The notes: generated by a model from the sequence alone, not told the origin. A stretch of 64,000 nt of DNA from an uncultured Thermoleophilia bacterium (GCA_963844425.1 CAWJOD010000021.1:141579-205578); one strand, 5' to 3'; counted from the stretch's first letter, positions 35,237 through 46,743 are shown. Program-made: numbers and translations.

Positions 35237-36242
35237 ATGAAGGCGCGAACCGAGGCGCGATTCCCCTCGGTCGGCCCGAAGGCCGGCCACTACGAGAGCT
35301 TCTACATCAAGGCTTCCCGCCCCGGCGGCGGCCTCGGCGCCTGGATCCGCCACACCGTCCACAAGCGCCCCGGCGAGCCGATGACCGCCTCGATCTGGTT
35401 CACGCTCTTCGACGCCGACGCCGAGCGGCCGCTGGCGACCAAGGTCACCGTTTCCGAGGACGAGCTCTCGGTCCCCGATGGCGGCTACATCCGCGTCGAC
35501 GGTGCGACCTTCTCCCCCGGGTCGGCCCAGGGCCGGATCGCGACCGATGCGCTCGAGGCGAGCTGGGACCTGGCGTACGAGGACGCCGGCGAGCCGTTCC
35601 ACCATCTCCCCTACGACTTCCTCTACGGGGCGCCGCTGCCGAAGACGAAGTTCCTGAGCCCGTATCCGGGCGCGCGCTACAGCGGCACGGCTGACCGTGG
35701 GCGACCGCGAGATCGAGCTCGACGGCTGGCCGGGGATGGTCGGCCACAACTGGGGCGCCGAGCACGCCGAGCGCTGGGTCTGGATCCAGGGCGCGGAGCT
35801 CGAGGGCGGTGGCGGCGCCGATGCGAGCTGGTTCGACATGGCGGTGGGCCGGATCAAGATCGGGCCCTGGACGACGCCCTGGGTCGGGAACGGGATGCTC
35901 TTCCTCGACGGCGAGCGCCACCGGCTCGGCGGCTTCGACCGGGTCCGCGGGACGAAGGTCTCCGAGAGGCCGACGAGCTGCGACTTCGAGCTCACCGGCA
36001 AGGGCATCTCGGTCCGCGGCCGCGTCAGCTCGGAGAAGCGCAACTTCGTCGCCTGGGTCTACGCCGACCCGGTCGGACCGGAGCACAACACCCTGAACTG
36101 CTCGATCTCCGACCTCGAGCTGACCGTCGAGCAGGACGGGAGGCCGCCGCGGCGCCTTGACGTCGCCGGGGCCGCGGCGTATGAATTCGGCACACGGGAC
36201 ACGGATCACGAAATTCCGGTTCAGCCCTACCCAGACGGGTGA
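35237..36242 (+). CDS. hypothetical protein, possibly tocopherol-cyclase-like fold; one frameshift near 35690
   Basis: GHYESFYIKASRPGGGLGAWIRHTV...GMVGHNWGAEHAERWVWIQG...NFVAWVYADP. The resemblance to the FEGWYFR / EKNWG..W.W.Q motifs of the tocopherol cyclase family is from memory only. Confidence 0.3.
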
Positions 36243-36265
36243 ATCGGACGGAACTGGAGGAACGG

Positions 36266-36557
36266 ATGCACATACGGATAGTCAGATTCACCGACGTGAG
36301 CTCCGACCGGATCAACGAGATCAAGAGTCGCATCAATGAGTCGGACGGACCGCCGGAGGGGGTCGAGTCCACCGGGATCAAGGTCGTAGTCGACGAGGAT
36401 CAGGGCACGGCGGTCGTGCTCCAGTTCTTCGAGGACGAGGAGAAGATGCGCGCATCCGAGGCGGCCTTCGACGGCATGGACCCCTCGGACACGCCGGGCA
36501 CCCGGGCCTCCGTGGACCGGGGCGAGGTGGTCGTCGAGGCGAGCGCCGAGCAGCTAG
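36266..36557 (+). CDS. small hypothetical protein (ferredoxin-like/ABM-like fold is a guess); 3' end uncertain
   Basis: A GGAGG 5 nt upstream of ATG 36266. MHIRIVRFTDVSSDRINEIKSRINESDGPPEGVESTGIKVVVDEDQGTAVVLQFFEDEEKMRASEAAFDGMDP. As sequenced the ORF runs to 36691, across the converging methyltransferase gene. Confidence 0.35.
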
Positions 36558-37206
36558 CCGCGCGGAGCCCGCGCAGCGAGGCAGGACCATCGAGCCGAGC
36601 GGGGTCCGCAGGCGATCCCGCTCGGCGACGTCCTCGAGGCCGCCCTCGGCGATCAGGCCGGGCAGCGAGCCGTCGAAGTTCTCGCGGGTGACGTCGAGCC
36701 CGTCGAGCAGGCGGACCTGCCAGGAGAGCGCGCGCCATCAGCGGGTCGGAGGGGCGGCCCCAGTCGGCGACGTGGAGCTCGCCCCCCGGCCGCAGCACGC
36801 GCGCGATCTCGGCGATCGTGGTCCGCTTGCCGGCGAGGTCGAGGTGGTGGAAGAAGAGGGTCGAGAGCACGCGGTCGAAGGTCGCGTCGTCGTAGGGGAG
36901 GTCGGTCGAGAGCCCCTCGTCGAGCTCGATCTCGAGGCCTGCGGCGGCCGCCTTCTCGCGAGCGCGGGCGAGCATCTCCGGGTCGCCGTCGACGCCGACG
37001 AGCTCCGCCCCCGGCGTCCGCTGCTTCGCCTCGATCGCGAGCGTCCCGGTCCCGCAGGCGAGGTCGAGGACCCGATCGCCGGGCCCGATGGCCGCGCGGT
37101 CCAGCAGGCGGCGCTTGAACTCGGCCTCGCGCGTCGTCGCGCGGACGACCGGGTCGTAGAGCCCGGTCAGGGCGCGGAAGCGCAGCGCAGGGACGTAGCC
37201 CGCCAT
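36554..37206 (-). CDS. class I SAM-dependent methyltransferase (UbiE/Methyltransf_11-like), frameshifted at 3' end
   Basis: MAGYVPALRFRALTGLYDP...RVLDLACGTGTLAI...ELVGVDGDPEMLARAR...FDRVLSTLFFHHL...LRPGGELHVADWG. The ATG lies 4 nt after the DUF4396 stop. Confidence 0.75.
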
Positions 37207-37210
37207 CGAC

Positions 37211-37812
37211 CTAGGCGAGCGTCCCGGAGCCGAACGCCTCGACAGCCAGCACCGTCGCGCCGAAGACGAACGCGACCGCGGCGACGGCGCCGACGAGGCG
37301 CGGCGAGGGCCCGCCGTGGATGCCGGTCTCGTGGACGACGGCGTGTCCCTTGCCGCGCTTGAGCAGCCAGCGGTTGAACGGGAACCGCGATCGCCCCGGC
37401 GATCACGAGCGCGACCGAGAGCGTGCCCCAGAAGAGGAGCGAGTCGAGCTCGGCCTCCATCGCGCCGGGCACGGTGACCATGATCGCGTTGTCGACCACC
37501 TCCATCACCGCGATCGAGACCGTGTCCGAGGCGAGCGCGATCGGGATCACGGCGCCAGAGCGCGAGCCCGGCGCGCAGCAGCGGCATGCTCGTGAGCGTG
37601 TAGCCGAAGAGGAAGGCGAGGGCGACCGCGAGCGCGACCGTCCCCCATTGCGAGAACCCGAGCGCGGTCCCGATCACCATCCCCGCGATCTCGCCGATCG
37701 CGCACCCGGTCAGGCAGTGCAGGGTGGCGCTGATCGCGAGGCTCGTGAGGGCACCGCCCTCGGTCGGCATCTCGTGATCGTGGTCGTGAGCGTGGGCCGC
37801 GTGGGCTTCCAT
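37211..37812 (-). CDS. DUF4396 family membrane protein with His-rich N-terminus, frameshifted
   Basis: MEAHAAHAHDHDHEMPTEGG...SATLHCLTGCAIGEIAGMVIGTALG...GYTLTSMPLLRAGL...ALASDTVSIAVMEVVDNAIMVTVPGAMEA. Confidence 0.6.
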
Positions 37813-37827
37813 GGGAGCCAGATTAAC

Positions 37828-37844
37828 ATACCCCCAAGGGGTAT
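37828..37844. promoter_or_regulatory. ATACCCC-CAA-GGGGTAT palindrome (CsoR-type operator-like; alternatively a weak terminator of the SpoIID gene)
   Basis: A 7+3+7 inverted repeat filling most of the 32-nt gap between the spoIID-like stop (37845-37847) and the DUF4396 ATG (37812). Confidence 0.35.
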
Positions 37845-38930
37845 CTAGCTCTTCTTGAACTTCGCCCAGGTGCTCAGCAGGCCGAGCCGCGCCTGCAGGG
37901 TCGCGCCGCTGACCGTCTCCTTGCCGCCCGGAGCCCACGATCCGCGCCTTCACGATCCGCGGGGAGTCCCCGGTCTTGACGATGTCGATGTCGCGCAGGT
38001 TGCCGGCGACGCCGAGCCTGCTCTCCATCGCGCCCTGGGAGAACTTCTCCTTCCAGCGGTGGTAGGGCGAGGTGCCGTCGTAGGGGTCGGAGACGCTCTT
38101 CAGGTAGGGGACCGACCCGCCGCCCGGGAAGCCGAACTGGGAGCTCTCCGTGCGCCCGCCCGAGGTCGAGAAGTAGTAGGTCGTGGCGATCTTGCCGCCG
38201 TCCTTCACCACCTCGCCGCCGGTCGACTTCACGGCCCGGTTGGTCGGCTTCGTCTCCGAGGACTTGCCGTCGTAGACCTGGCTGCGGGTGTCGTCGTAGA
38301 GGTCGAAGCCGTCGCCGTCGACCGTGCGTCGTGAGCGCGTAGGAGCGAGCGACCAGCGCCTGCGCCTTGAGCGCGTCGCCGGGCCACGAGCTGGGCATCT
38401 CGTTCGGGACCACTCCCTTGCACGTAGTCGTCGATGCCGAGCCGGTTGACGGCGTTCAGCCCGCCGCCGCTCGCGACCGCGAGCAGCTCGCCGCGGAAGT
38501 CGCCGCGGCCGCCGTAGGTGACGGAGGAGCCGCCCCGGGCGCCGCCCGAGTCGCCGCAGGAGGCCAGCCGGTTGCCGCCGCCCGGACGCGAGCGCGACGC
38601 CGCCGCCCGACCGCTCGAAGCGGTAGCCCTTCTTCTCCTTCAGCCTCTCGCCGCACGGCGCGCTCGGCGCCGCTGAAGGCGACGTGGTCGCCACCGCCGA
38701 CGAGGACCCGCACCTTCGCCTTGCCGGCACCGCCCACCTTCGTCCCCTTGTAGTAGTGGCCGACGATCTGCTTGTAGCTGCGGCCGTGCTTCGCGAAGCC
38801 GAAGGCGCCGTACTGGCTCAGCCCGACGCCGTGGCCGAACCCGCGCCCCTTGACCGCCCATTTCGGCGGCCCCGGCGGCGCCGGGCAGGAGCAGCGCCAC
38901 GCGCGGCGACGCGATGAGCGCAAGCGATGA
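37845..38930 (-). CDS. SpoIID/LytB-domain protein (amidase enhancer-like), frameshifted; start approximate
   Basis: KWAVKGRGFGHGVGLSQYGAFGFAKHG...[31 protein letters not shown]...DLYDDTRSQVYDG...TYYFSTSGGRTE...PYLKSVSDPYD...SPRIVKARIVGSGG. Confidence 0.75.
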
Positions 38931-38963
38931 GTTCGAGCCGAACGGACGCGAAGGGGTACGGCG

Positions 38964-40436
38964 ATGCATCGGTACCAGGTGGACGAGAGCAAGGTCATCG
39001 ACGCGGTCCCGAAGCAGCTCTTCATCGGCGGCGAGTGGCGCGACGCGAGCGGCGGGGGAACGCTTCGCGGTCGAGGATCCCTCGACCGGCGAGACGCTCT
39101 GCGAGATCGCCGACGGCGGCGCCGAGGACGCGAAGGCGGCGCTCGACGCCGCCGCCGCGGCGCAGCCCGAGTGGGCGGCGACCCCGCCGAACGAACGCGG
39201 GCGAGATCCTCTGGAAGGCGTTCGAGCAGCTCGGCGAGCGCACCGACGAGCTCGCGACGCTGATGACGCTCGAGATGGGCAAGGCCGTCGCCGAGTCGAA
39301 GGCGGAGATCACCTACGCCGCCGAGTTCTTCCGCTGGTTCTCCGGCGAGGCGCTGCGGATCGACGGCGACTACAAGGTCGCCGGCAACGGCGCCAGCCGC
39401 GTCCTGATCATGCGCCAGCCGGTCGGCCCCTGCTTCTTCATCACGCCCTGGAACTTCCCGACCGCGATGGGCACGCGCAAGGTCGGGCCGGCGATCGCCG
39501 CCGGCTGCACGATGGTCTGGAAGCCGGCGAAGCTGACCCCGCTCTCGGCGCTCGCGCTCGCCGACCTGCTCGCCGAGTGCGGCCTCCCGGACGGCGTCCT
39601 CAACGTCGTCGTCGGCGAGTCCTCGGGCGGGATCGCCGAGCCGGTGATCTCCGACGACCGCCTGCGAAAGCTCAGCTTCACCGGCTCGACCGAGGTGGGC
39701 CGCTCGCTGATCGCCCAGGCCGCCGACCAGGTCCTGAACGTCTCGATGGAGCTCGGCGGCAACGCTCCCTTCCTCGTCTTCGACGACGCCGACCTCGACG
39801 CCGCGCTCGAGGGGGCGATGATCGCGAAGATGCGGAACATCGGCGAGGCCTGCACCTCGGCGAACCGCTTCCACGTCGCCGAGCCGCTCGCCGACGAGTT
39901 CGCCTCGGGGCTCGCCGAGCGCATGGGCAAGCTCAAGATCGGCCGGGGCACCGAGGAGGGCGTCGACATCGGCCCGCTGATCGACGAGGACCAGCGCGGC
40001 AAGGTCGCGGAGCTGGTCGAGGACGCGACGTCGAAGGGCGCGAAGGCGCTCGTCGGCGGCAGCACCGTCGACGGCGCCGGCTACTTCTACGAGCCCACCG
40101 TGCTCGCCGACGTCCCCGACGACGCCCGCCTGCTGCGCGAGGAGATCTTCGGCCCGGTCGCGCCGGTCGCCACCTTCGACTCCGAGGAGGCGGCCGATCG
40201 CCGCCGCCAACGACACCGAGTACGGCCTCGTCGCCTACGTCTTCACCCGCGACATCAAGCGCGCGCTGCGCGTCTGCGAGGGCCTCGAGACCGGGATGAT
40301 CGGCCTGAACCAGGGCATGGTCTCGAACGCCGGCGCGCCGTTCGGCGGCGTCAAGCAGTCCGGCATCGGCCGCGAGGGCGGCAACGAGGGGATCGAGGAG
40401 TACCTCGAGACGAAGTACGTCGCGGTCAACCTCTGA
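38964..40436 (+). CDS. gabD: succinate-semialdehyde dehydrogenase (NAD(P)+), three frame changes
   Basis: PKQLFIGGEWRDA...FAVEDPSTGE...FFITPWNFP...KPAKLTPLSALAL...FTGSTEVGR...ELGGNAPFLVFDDADLD...EACTSANR...EEIFGPVAPV...YGLVAYVFTRD...GGVKQSGIGREGG. Start and stop are in the same frame. Confidence 0.85.
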
Positions 40437-40511
40437 AGCTAGGCTGCGGCGGCACTCGCCGCTACGGCCGGCAACGCGGGGTCGTGGGCGACGACGGAAC
40501 CTGCGACCTCG

Positions 40512-41014
40512 TTGGTCGACGACGTCCAAGCAGGCTGTCGCTGCCGCGAGGAGCACGGCTCGGACTGGTCCTACGCCGGCGACGCCGGCCGAGTTCTGGG
40601 GCGACTGAACCCCGAGTACGGGGCGTGCCTCCGACGCCAGGCCTCGGTCGATCCTCACCGTGCGCGTCCTCGGAGAGGTTTCGGGGCCGGCTGATCGCGC
40701 GTCCCCGCGCGGCGGCGAGGTACGATGGTACGAGCCCCGCCGCTTGATCTGACGCGGCGAGATCTACGCTCGGGTCGGGTCGCTCCACGTCCGACAGCGC
40801 ACGATCGGCGTAGGGCGGGCGGAGCTTCACTGGTCCACGCATCGCCGACGAGGGCTCGCCGTGACTCGGGTCCGCTCGGAGGGCGCCGAGAACGAGTGCT
40901 CGCAGAGACGTTCGAGGTGATCCCGCCGGCCGGCGACGCGAGCTCGGGAGACGTCGACCCGGAGGGCTCCTGCCGGCGGCGGCGGGGAGACGTCACCGCT
41001 GCGAGCTCCACTCA
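40512..41014 (+). pseudogene. possible decayed and truncated alpha-carbonic-anhydrase remnant (low confidence)
   Basis: Stitching two frames gives DWSYAGDAG(A)EFWGDLNPEYGAC..RRQASVD, which resembles the alpha-CA N-terminal signature (H)WSY.G..GP..W..L.PE...C..G..QSP(I/V)(D/N). No signal peptide is present, and downstream motifs are not cleanly recoverable. msrA on the other strand occupies the space where the last third would lie. Confidence 0.25.
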
Positions 41015-41578
41015 TCACGCTTCGCCGACCGCGTCGAGGCCTCCGCGAGCAGCCGATGCCTCGCGCGACGACGGCGCCCCGCCGCCGCTCGACGGTGAGC
41101 CGCACTGCTCCTGGGTGACGCTCACGCTCGGCCCGCTCAGAAGCCGGTCGCCGGGCCCGATCAGGTGCGCGATTCCGGCGCGCGCCGAGGTCGTCTCCTC
41201 GGCGCGCGCTCCTCGATGGACTCGCGCGCGATCCGCTCCTGCTCGGGATCCTGGAAGAAGATCACCGAGCGGTACTGCGAGCCGACGTCGACGCCCTGGC
41301 GGTCGACCTGGGTCGGGTCGTGGATCTCCCAGAACTTCTCGACCAGCTCCCCGTAGGAGACGACCTCCGGGTCGAACTCGACCCGGGCGACCTCGGCGTG
41401 GCCGGTCGTGCCGGTGCAGACCTGCTCGTAGGTCGGGTTGTCGACGTGGCCGCCCTCGTAGCCGACGGCGGTGTCGACGACGCCCGGGGTCTCCTTGAAG
41501 ACCATCTCGGGCTTCCAGAAGCAGCCCGCGCCGAAGGTGGCGTCTGTCTGTAGTGGTACGGCTCTCGTTCTCGCTCAT
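41015..41578 (-). CDS. msrA: peptide-methionine (S)-S-oxide reductase, frameshifted
   Basis: [11 protein letters not shown] + [97 protein letters not shown] degenerate AE.E.HQ segment appears further on, across frames. Confidence 0.8.
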   Translation of the reverse strand: MSENESRTTTDRRHLRRGLLLEARDGLQGDPGRRRHRRRLRGRPRRQPDLRAGLHRHDRPRRGRPGRVRPGGRLLRGAGREVLGDPRPDPGRPPGRRRRLAVPLGDLLPGSRAGADRARVHRGARAEETTSARAGIAHLIGPGDRLLSGPSVSVTQEQCGSPSSGGGAPSSREASAARGGLDAVGEA

Positions 41579-41608
41579 ACCTTTGAGTCTCCCCTCGGGG
41601 TCGATTCG

Positions 41609-42938
41609 TTACTCGTGCGGGCGGGCCATCTTGCGGTGGTCGAGCGCCTCGTCGAGGGTCTCGTCCTCGACGCCGTGCTCCTGGGCCACCTCGCGGAGCA
41701 TCCGGCCGGACTCGGCGGCCTTCTTGACGATCTCGGTGGCGCGGTCGTAGCCGATGTGCGGGTTGAGCGCGGTCGCGGTCGCGAGGGTCGCCTCGGCGTG
41801 GCGCTCGCACATCTCCTCGTTGGCCTCGACGTCGCGGACGACCTTCTCGTCGAGCAGGCGCGAGGCCGACGCGAGCAGCTTGATCGAGTCGAGCAGGTTG
41901 CGGGCGATCAGCGGCACCCGCACGTTGAGCTCGAACTGGCCCTGGGTACCGGCGACGGTGATCGCGGCGTCGTTGCCGATCACCTGGGCGCCGACCTGGA
42001 TCACGACCTCGGGGATCACCGGGTTGACCTTGCCGGGCATGATCGAGGAGCCCTTCTGCAGCTCGGGCAGCCGCAGCTCGGCGAGCCCGGCGCGCGGGCC
42101 GGAGCCCATCAGCGCGAGGTCGTTGGCGATCTTGGTCAGCGAGACGGCGACGACCTTGAGCGCGCCCGAGAGCTCGACCAGGGCGTCGCGGTTGGCCTGC
42201 GCCTCGAACGGGTCGGCCGGCGCGGAGATCTCGAGGTTGGTGTCGGCGGCGAGCTTCGCGCGGACGCGCTCGGCGAACTCGGGGTGGGTGTTGAGCCCGG
42301 TGCCGGTGGCGGTGCCGCCGAGCGGGATCTGGCCCGACGCGCCCGAGCGTGGCCCGGACGCGGTCGGCGCCGAGCCGGATCTGCGCCGCGTAGCCGCCGA
42401 ACTCCTGGCCGAGCGTGACCGGGACCGCGTCCATCAGGTGGGTGCGCCCGGCCTTGACGACGTCGCGGAACTCGTCCGCCTTTCGCGCCAGCGCCGAGGC
42501 GAGCTCGTCCAGCGCCGGCAGCAGGTCGCGGGAGACCTCCTCGAGCGCGGCGAGGTGGACCGCCGAGGGGAAGACGTCGTTCGACGACTGGCCCATGTTC
42601 ACGTGGTCGTTGGGGTGGGCCTCGTCGCCGGCGAGGTTGGCCATCACCTCGTTCGTGTTCATGTTCGACGAGGTGCCCGAGCCGGTCTGGAAGACGTCGA
42701 CGGGGAACTGCTCGTCGTGCTCGCCGGCCGCGATCGCGTCGCCCGCGTCGGCGATCCGCTCGGCGATGTCGGCGTCGAGGAGGCCGAGCTCGGCGTTGGC
42801 CCTGGCCGCGGCCGCCTTCAGCCGGCCCGAGCCAGTGCACGACGGGGGCCGGGATCGGCTGGCCGGAGACGGGGAAGTTGGCGACCGCCTTGTCGGTCTC
42901 GCCCCCCCAGAGCTTGTCCTCAACCGCTGTCTCGGCCA
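41609..42938 (-). CDS. fumC: class II fumarate hydratase, frameshifted
   Basis: [21 protein letters not shown]...[17 protein letters not shown]...GQSSNDVFP...[17 protein letters not shown]...[15 protein letters not shown]...[11 protein letters not shown]. Confidence 0.9.
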
Positions 42939-43016
42939 TGCAGCCCAGCATATCCAGCACCGATGGTCTGCCTGCTCTCAGGTGGAGGGAGAGGCCGGTT
43001 CCTAGAATCGCCGCCT

Positions 43017-46000
43017 GTGAGCGGATTCCAGCCCGTCGACCCGAAGCAGTCCTTTCCCGCAGCTCGAGGAGACGCGTGCTCGAGCGCTGGCGCGAGCGAG
43101 ACGTCTTCCGCGCGCTCGCTCGAGCAGCGCGAGGGCGCGGAGACCTGGAGCTTCTACGAGGGGCCGCCGACGGCGAACGGGAAGCCCGGCATCGCACCAC
43201 GTCCTCTCGCGCGTCTTCAAGGACATCTACCCGCGCTACAGGACGATGTGCGGCTACCGCGTCCCGCGCAAGGCGGGCTGGGACTGCCACGGCCTCCCGG
43301 TCGAGCTCGAGGTCGAGAAGCAGCTGGGGATCTCCTCGAAGGCCGAGATCGAGGCCTTCGGGATCGCCGAGTTCAACGCAGCGCTGCCGCGAGTCGGTCT
43401 TCACCTACGTCGAGGAGTGGAACCGGCTGACCGAGCGGATCGCCTTCTGGATCGACCTCGACGACCCCTACGTGACGCTCGAGAACGACTACATCGAGTC
43501 GGTCTGGTGGGCGCTGCGCAAGATCTGGGACGACGACCGCCTCTACACCGGCCACAAGGTCGTGCCCTACTGCCCGCGCTGCGGCACCGCGCTCTCCTCG
43601 CACGAGGTCTCGCAGCGGCTACCGGGACGTCGTCGACCCGGCGGTCTTCGTGCGGCTGCCGATCGACGGCGGTCGCGCCCTCCGACGAGCGGCCCGAGAG
43701 CCCGCTGCACGAGGGCGACTCGCTGCTCGTCTGGACGACGACCCCGTGGACGCTGATCTCGAACGCGGCGGTCGCCGCCGGGGCCGGACATCGAGTACGC
43801 GCGGGTCGCGCCCCGCCGGCTCCGACGAGGTCTTCATCGTCGCGGCCGAGCGCATCGAGACGCGTCGTCGGCGAGGGCGCCGAGGTCCTCGCCACGTTCC
43901 CCGGCGAGACGCTCGCCGGGACCGCGCTACGAGCCGCCCTTCCCCTACGTCTCCGACTACGGCCCGCGGGGCCACACCGTCCTGCTCGGCGACTTCGTCA
44001 CCACCGACGAGGGCACGGGCCTCGTCCACACCGCGATCGCCTTCGGCGAGGACGACTTCCGGCTGGGCGAGCAGTACGGGATCAAGCTGCAGAACCCGGT
44101 CCGGCCCGACGGCACCTTCGACGACCGCGCCGGGCCGTTCGCCGGCAAGGGCGTGAAGGAGGCCGACCCGGAGATCGTCGAGGCGCTCGCGCGAGTCCGG
44201 CCGGCTCTTCCGCGAGGAGAGCTACGAGCACTCCTACCCGCACTGCTGGCGCTGCGAGACGCCGCTCATCTACTACGCGAAGTCGAGCTGGTACATCAAG
44301 ACGACCGACGTCCGCGACCGGATGCTCGCCGAGAACGAGACGATCGGCTGGCACCCGGAGCACATCAAGCACGGCCGGTTCGGCAAGTGGCTCGAGGGCA
44401 ACGTCGACTGGGCGCTCTCGCGCGAGCGCTACTGGGGCACGCCGCTGCCGGTCTGGGAGTGCGAGTCCGCCGAGTGCGACGGAGCGCTTCTGCGCCGGCT
44501 CGGTGGCCGACCTGCGCGAGCGCGGCGGCGAGGTGCCCGACGACCTGCATCGCCCGTACATCGACGACGTCGTGCTGAGCTGCGCGCGCGTGCGGCGGCG
44601 AGATGCGCCGCACGCCCGAGGTGATCGACACCTGGTTCGACTCGGGCGCGATGCCGTTCGCGCAGTTCCACTACCCGTTCGAGCCCGGGTCGGAGGAGCT
44701 CTTCGCCGAGCGCTTCCCCGCCGACTACATCTGCGAGGGGATCGACCAGACCCGCGGCTGGTTCTACTCGCTGCTCGCCGAGTCGACGCTGCTCTTCGAC
44801 CGAGACGAGCTACCTCAACTGCGTCTGCCTCGGCCTGATCCTCGATCCCGACGGCCAGAAGATGTCGAAGAGCCGCGGCAACGTCGTCGACCCGTGGGAG
44901 GTGATCGACGACCCACGGCGCCGACGCGCTCCGCTGGTACTACTTCACCGCCCAGCAGGCGGGGCCGTGGGCGGGCTACCGGTTCTCGCTCGAGGCCGTC
45001 AACGAGTCGGTCCGCCAGTTCCTGCTGACGCTCTGGAACACCTACTCGTTCTTCGTCCTCTACGCGAACGCGGCAGGGCGTCGCCGGACGGCCGCGCGAC
45101 GAGCCAGTCCGGTGACGACGAGCTCGACCGGTGGGCTGTCTCGCGGCTCCAGGGCGTCGATCGCGCACGGTCCGCGAGCGCGCTCGACGACTTCGACACG
45201 ACCACCTCGGGCCGGGCGATCGCCGCCTACGTCGACGAGCTCTCGAACTGGTACGTGCGGCTCTCGCGCCGCCGCTTCTGGGACGGCGACCCCGGCGCGC
45301 TCGCGACGCTGCGCCACTGCCTGGTCGAGGTCGCGAAGCTGCTCGCCCCGTTCACGCCGTTCCTCGCCGACGAGATCCACCACAACCTCACCGGCGGCGG
45401 CGACTCGGTCCACCTCGCCGACTTCCCGGTCCCCGACGATGCGCTCGTCGACGCGGAGCTCGAGGCCGGGATGGAGGCGGCGCAGCGCGCCGTCGAGCTC
45501 GGCCGCGCCGCGCGGGCGCACGGCAAGGTGAAGATGCGCCAGCCGCTGCGCAAGGCGGTCGTCGTCGCGAGCGAGGAGGAGCGCGGCACGATCGAGCGCT
45601 TCGCCGAGCCTCGTCACCGCCGAGCTGAACGTGAAGGAGCTCGAGTTCGTGACCGAGGAGGGCGAGCTCGCGACCTACACGGTCAAGCCAAACTACCGGC
45701 GGCTCGGCCCGCGCTTCGGCAAGCGGCATGCCGCAGGCCGCGGCGGCGATCGAGGCGCTCGACCCGGCCGCGGCCTCGGCGATGGTCGCCGGCGAACGGC
45801 GGATCGGCATCCAGCTCGACGGCACCGACCACGACCTCGAGCCCGACGACGTCTCGCTCGTGATGGAGCCGCTCGAGGGCTACCAGGTCGAGGCCGAGTC
45901 CGGCCGCGCGGTCGCGCTCGCGCTCGAGCTCGACGACGAGCTCCGCCGCGAGGGCCTCGCACGCGAGGTCGTCCGCGCCGTCCAGAACGCGCGCAAGGAG

Positions 46001-46199
46001 GCCGGCCTCGAGGTCACCGACCGGATCGAGCTCGGCCTCGGCGGCGACGACGAGCTGGTCGCGGCCGCGCGCGAGCACGAGGACTACCTCGCCGGCGAGA
46101 CGCTGGCGACGGCCGGTCGGCTACGACGGCCGCGAGACGGCGCCGCGGCGACGCATCGAGGGCCGCGAGCTGCGGATCGCGGTCACCCGCGCAACCTAA
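43017..46199 (+). CDS. ileS: isoleucine--tRNA ligase, heavily frameshifted
   Basis: [31 protein letters not shown] (HIGH-type region)...[15 protein letters not shown]...[18 protein letters not shown]...SWYIKT...[18 protein letters not shown]...[11 protein letters not shown]...[15 protein letters not shown]...[12 protein letters not shown] (KMSKS)...ADALRWYY. Confidence 0.9.
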
Positions 46200-46219
46200 A
46201 GGGGTCTGACCCCTTTAGG
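46195..46219. terminator. perfect 12+1+12 palindrome, bidirectional terminator candidate
   Basis: CCTAAAGGGGTC-T-GACCCCTTTAGG. The ileS TAA (46197-46199) and the converging thioredoxin-like gene's TAA (46215-46217) sit in opposite arms. A-tract and T-tract flank the GC stem. Confidence 0.6.
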
Positions 46220-46743
46220 TTCGCCACTTGATCGAGCAGCCGACCGGCTCGGTCTCCGCCCGTTCGGGCTCGCGGCCGGCGAGCACGGGGTCGAGCGCCT
46301 CGCGGAGCCAGGCCGCGTCGAGCGAGGGGTCGCGGTGGTCGGCGTCGGGGGCGCCCTCGTAGGCGAGCCTCAGGTCGGAGTCGAAGACGTAGACGTGCGG
46401 CGTCACCTTGGCGTCGTAGGCGCGCGCCGCCTCCTGGCTCTCGTCGTGGAGGTAGGGGAACGGCCAGTCCTCGGCCTCGACGCGCTCGCGCATCGCCTCG
46501 GGCGAGTCGTGCCGGGTAGCGCTCCGCGTCGTTGGAGTTGACGGCGAAGAAGCGCACGCCGCGCTCGGCGTAGTCGCGCGCGACGGCGACGGTGCGGTCG
46601 TGCCAGGCCAGCGCGTACGGGCAGTGGTTGCAGGTCCAGATGACCACGGTCGCGCTGCGCCTCACCGGGCGCGCGGCAGGGAATGCGACTCGCCCGCGGT
46701 GTCGGGGAGCTCGAGCGGGGGTGCCTGCTCGCCGCCGGTTCAT
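46215..46743 (-). CDS. thioredoxin-fold protein (TlpA/AhpC-TSA-like), frameshifted
   Basis: ATVVIWTCNHCPYALAWHDR...GVRFFAVNSNDAERYP...MRERVEAEDWPFPYLHDESQEAARAYDAKVTPHVYVFD...GCSIKW. Confidence 0.6.

Noticed and set aside
40462-41105. Minus-strand ORFs 40462..40842, 40655..41011 and 40827..41105 as real small genes downstream of msrA.
   Set aside because: They are Arg/Ser/Pro-rich low-complexity translations with no recognisable family. They are more likely shadows of a decayed plus-strand gene or of non-coding DNA.
42939-43016. T-box or other leader riboswitch upstream of ileS.
   Set aside because: The fumC-ileS divergent gap is only about 78 nt, too short for a T-box leader. I see no specifier-loop or T-box sequence features.
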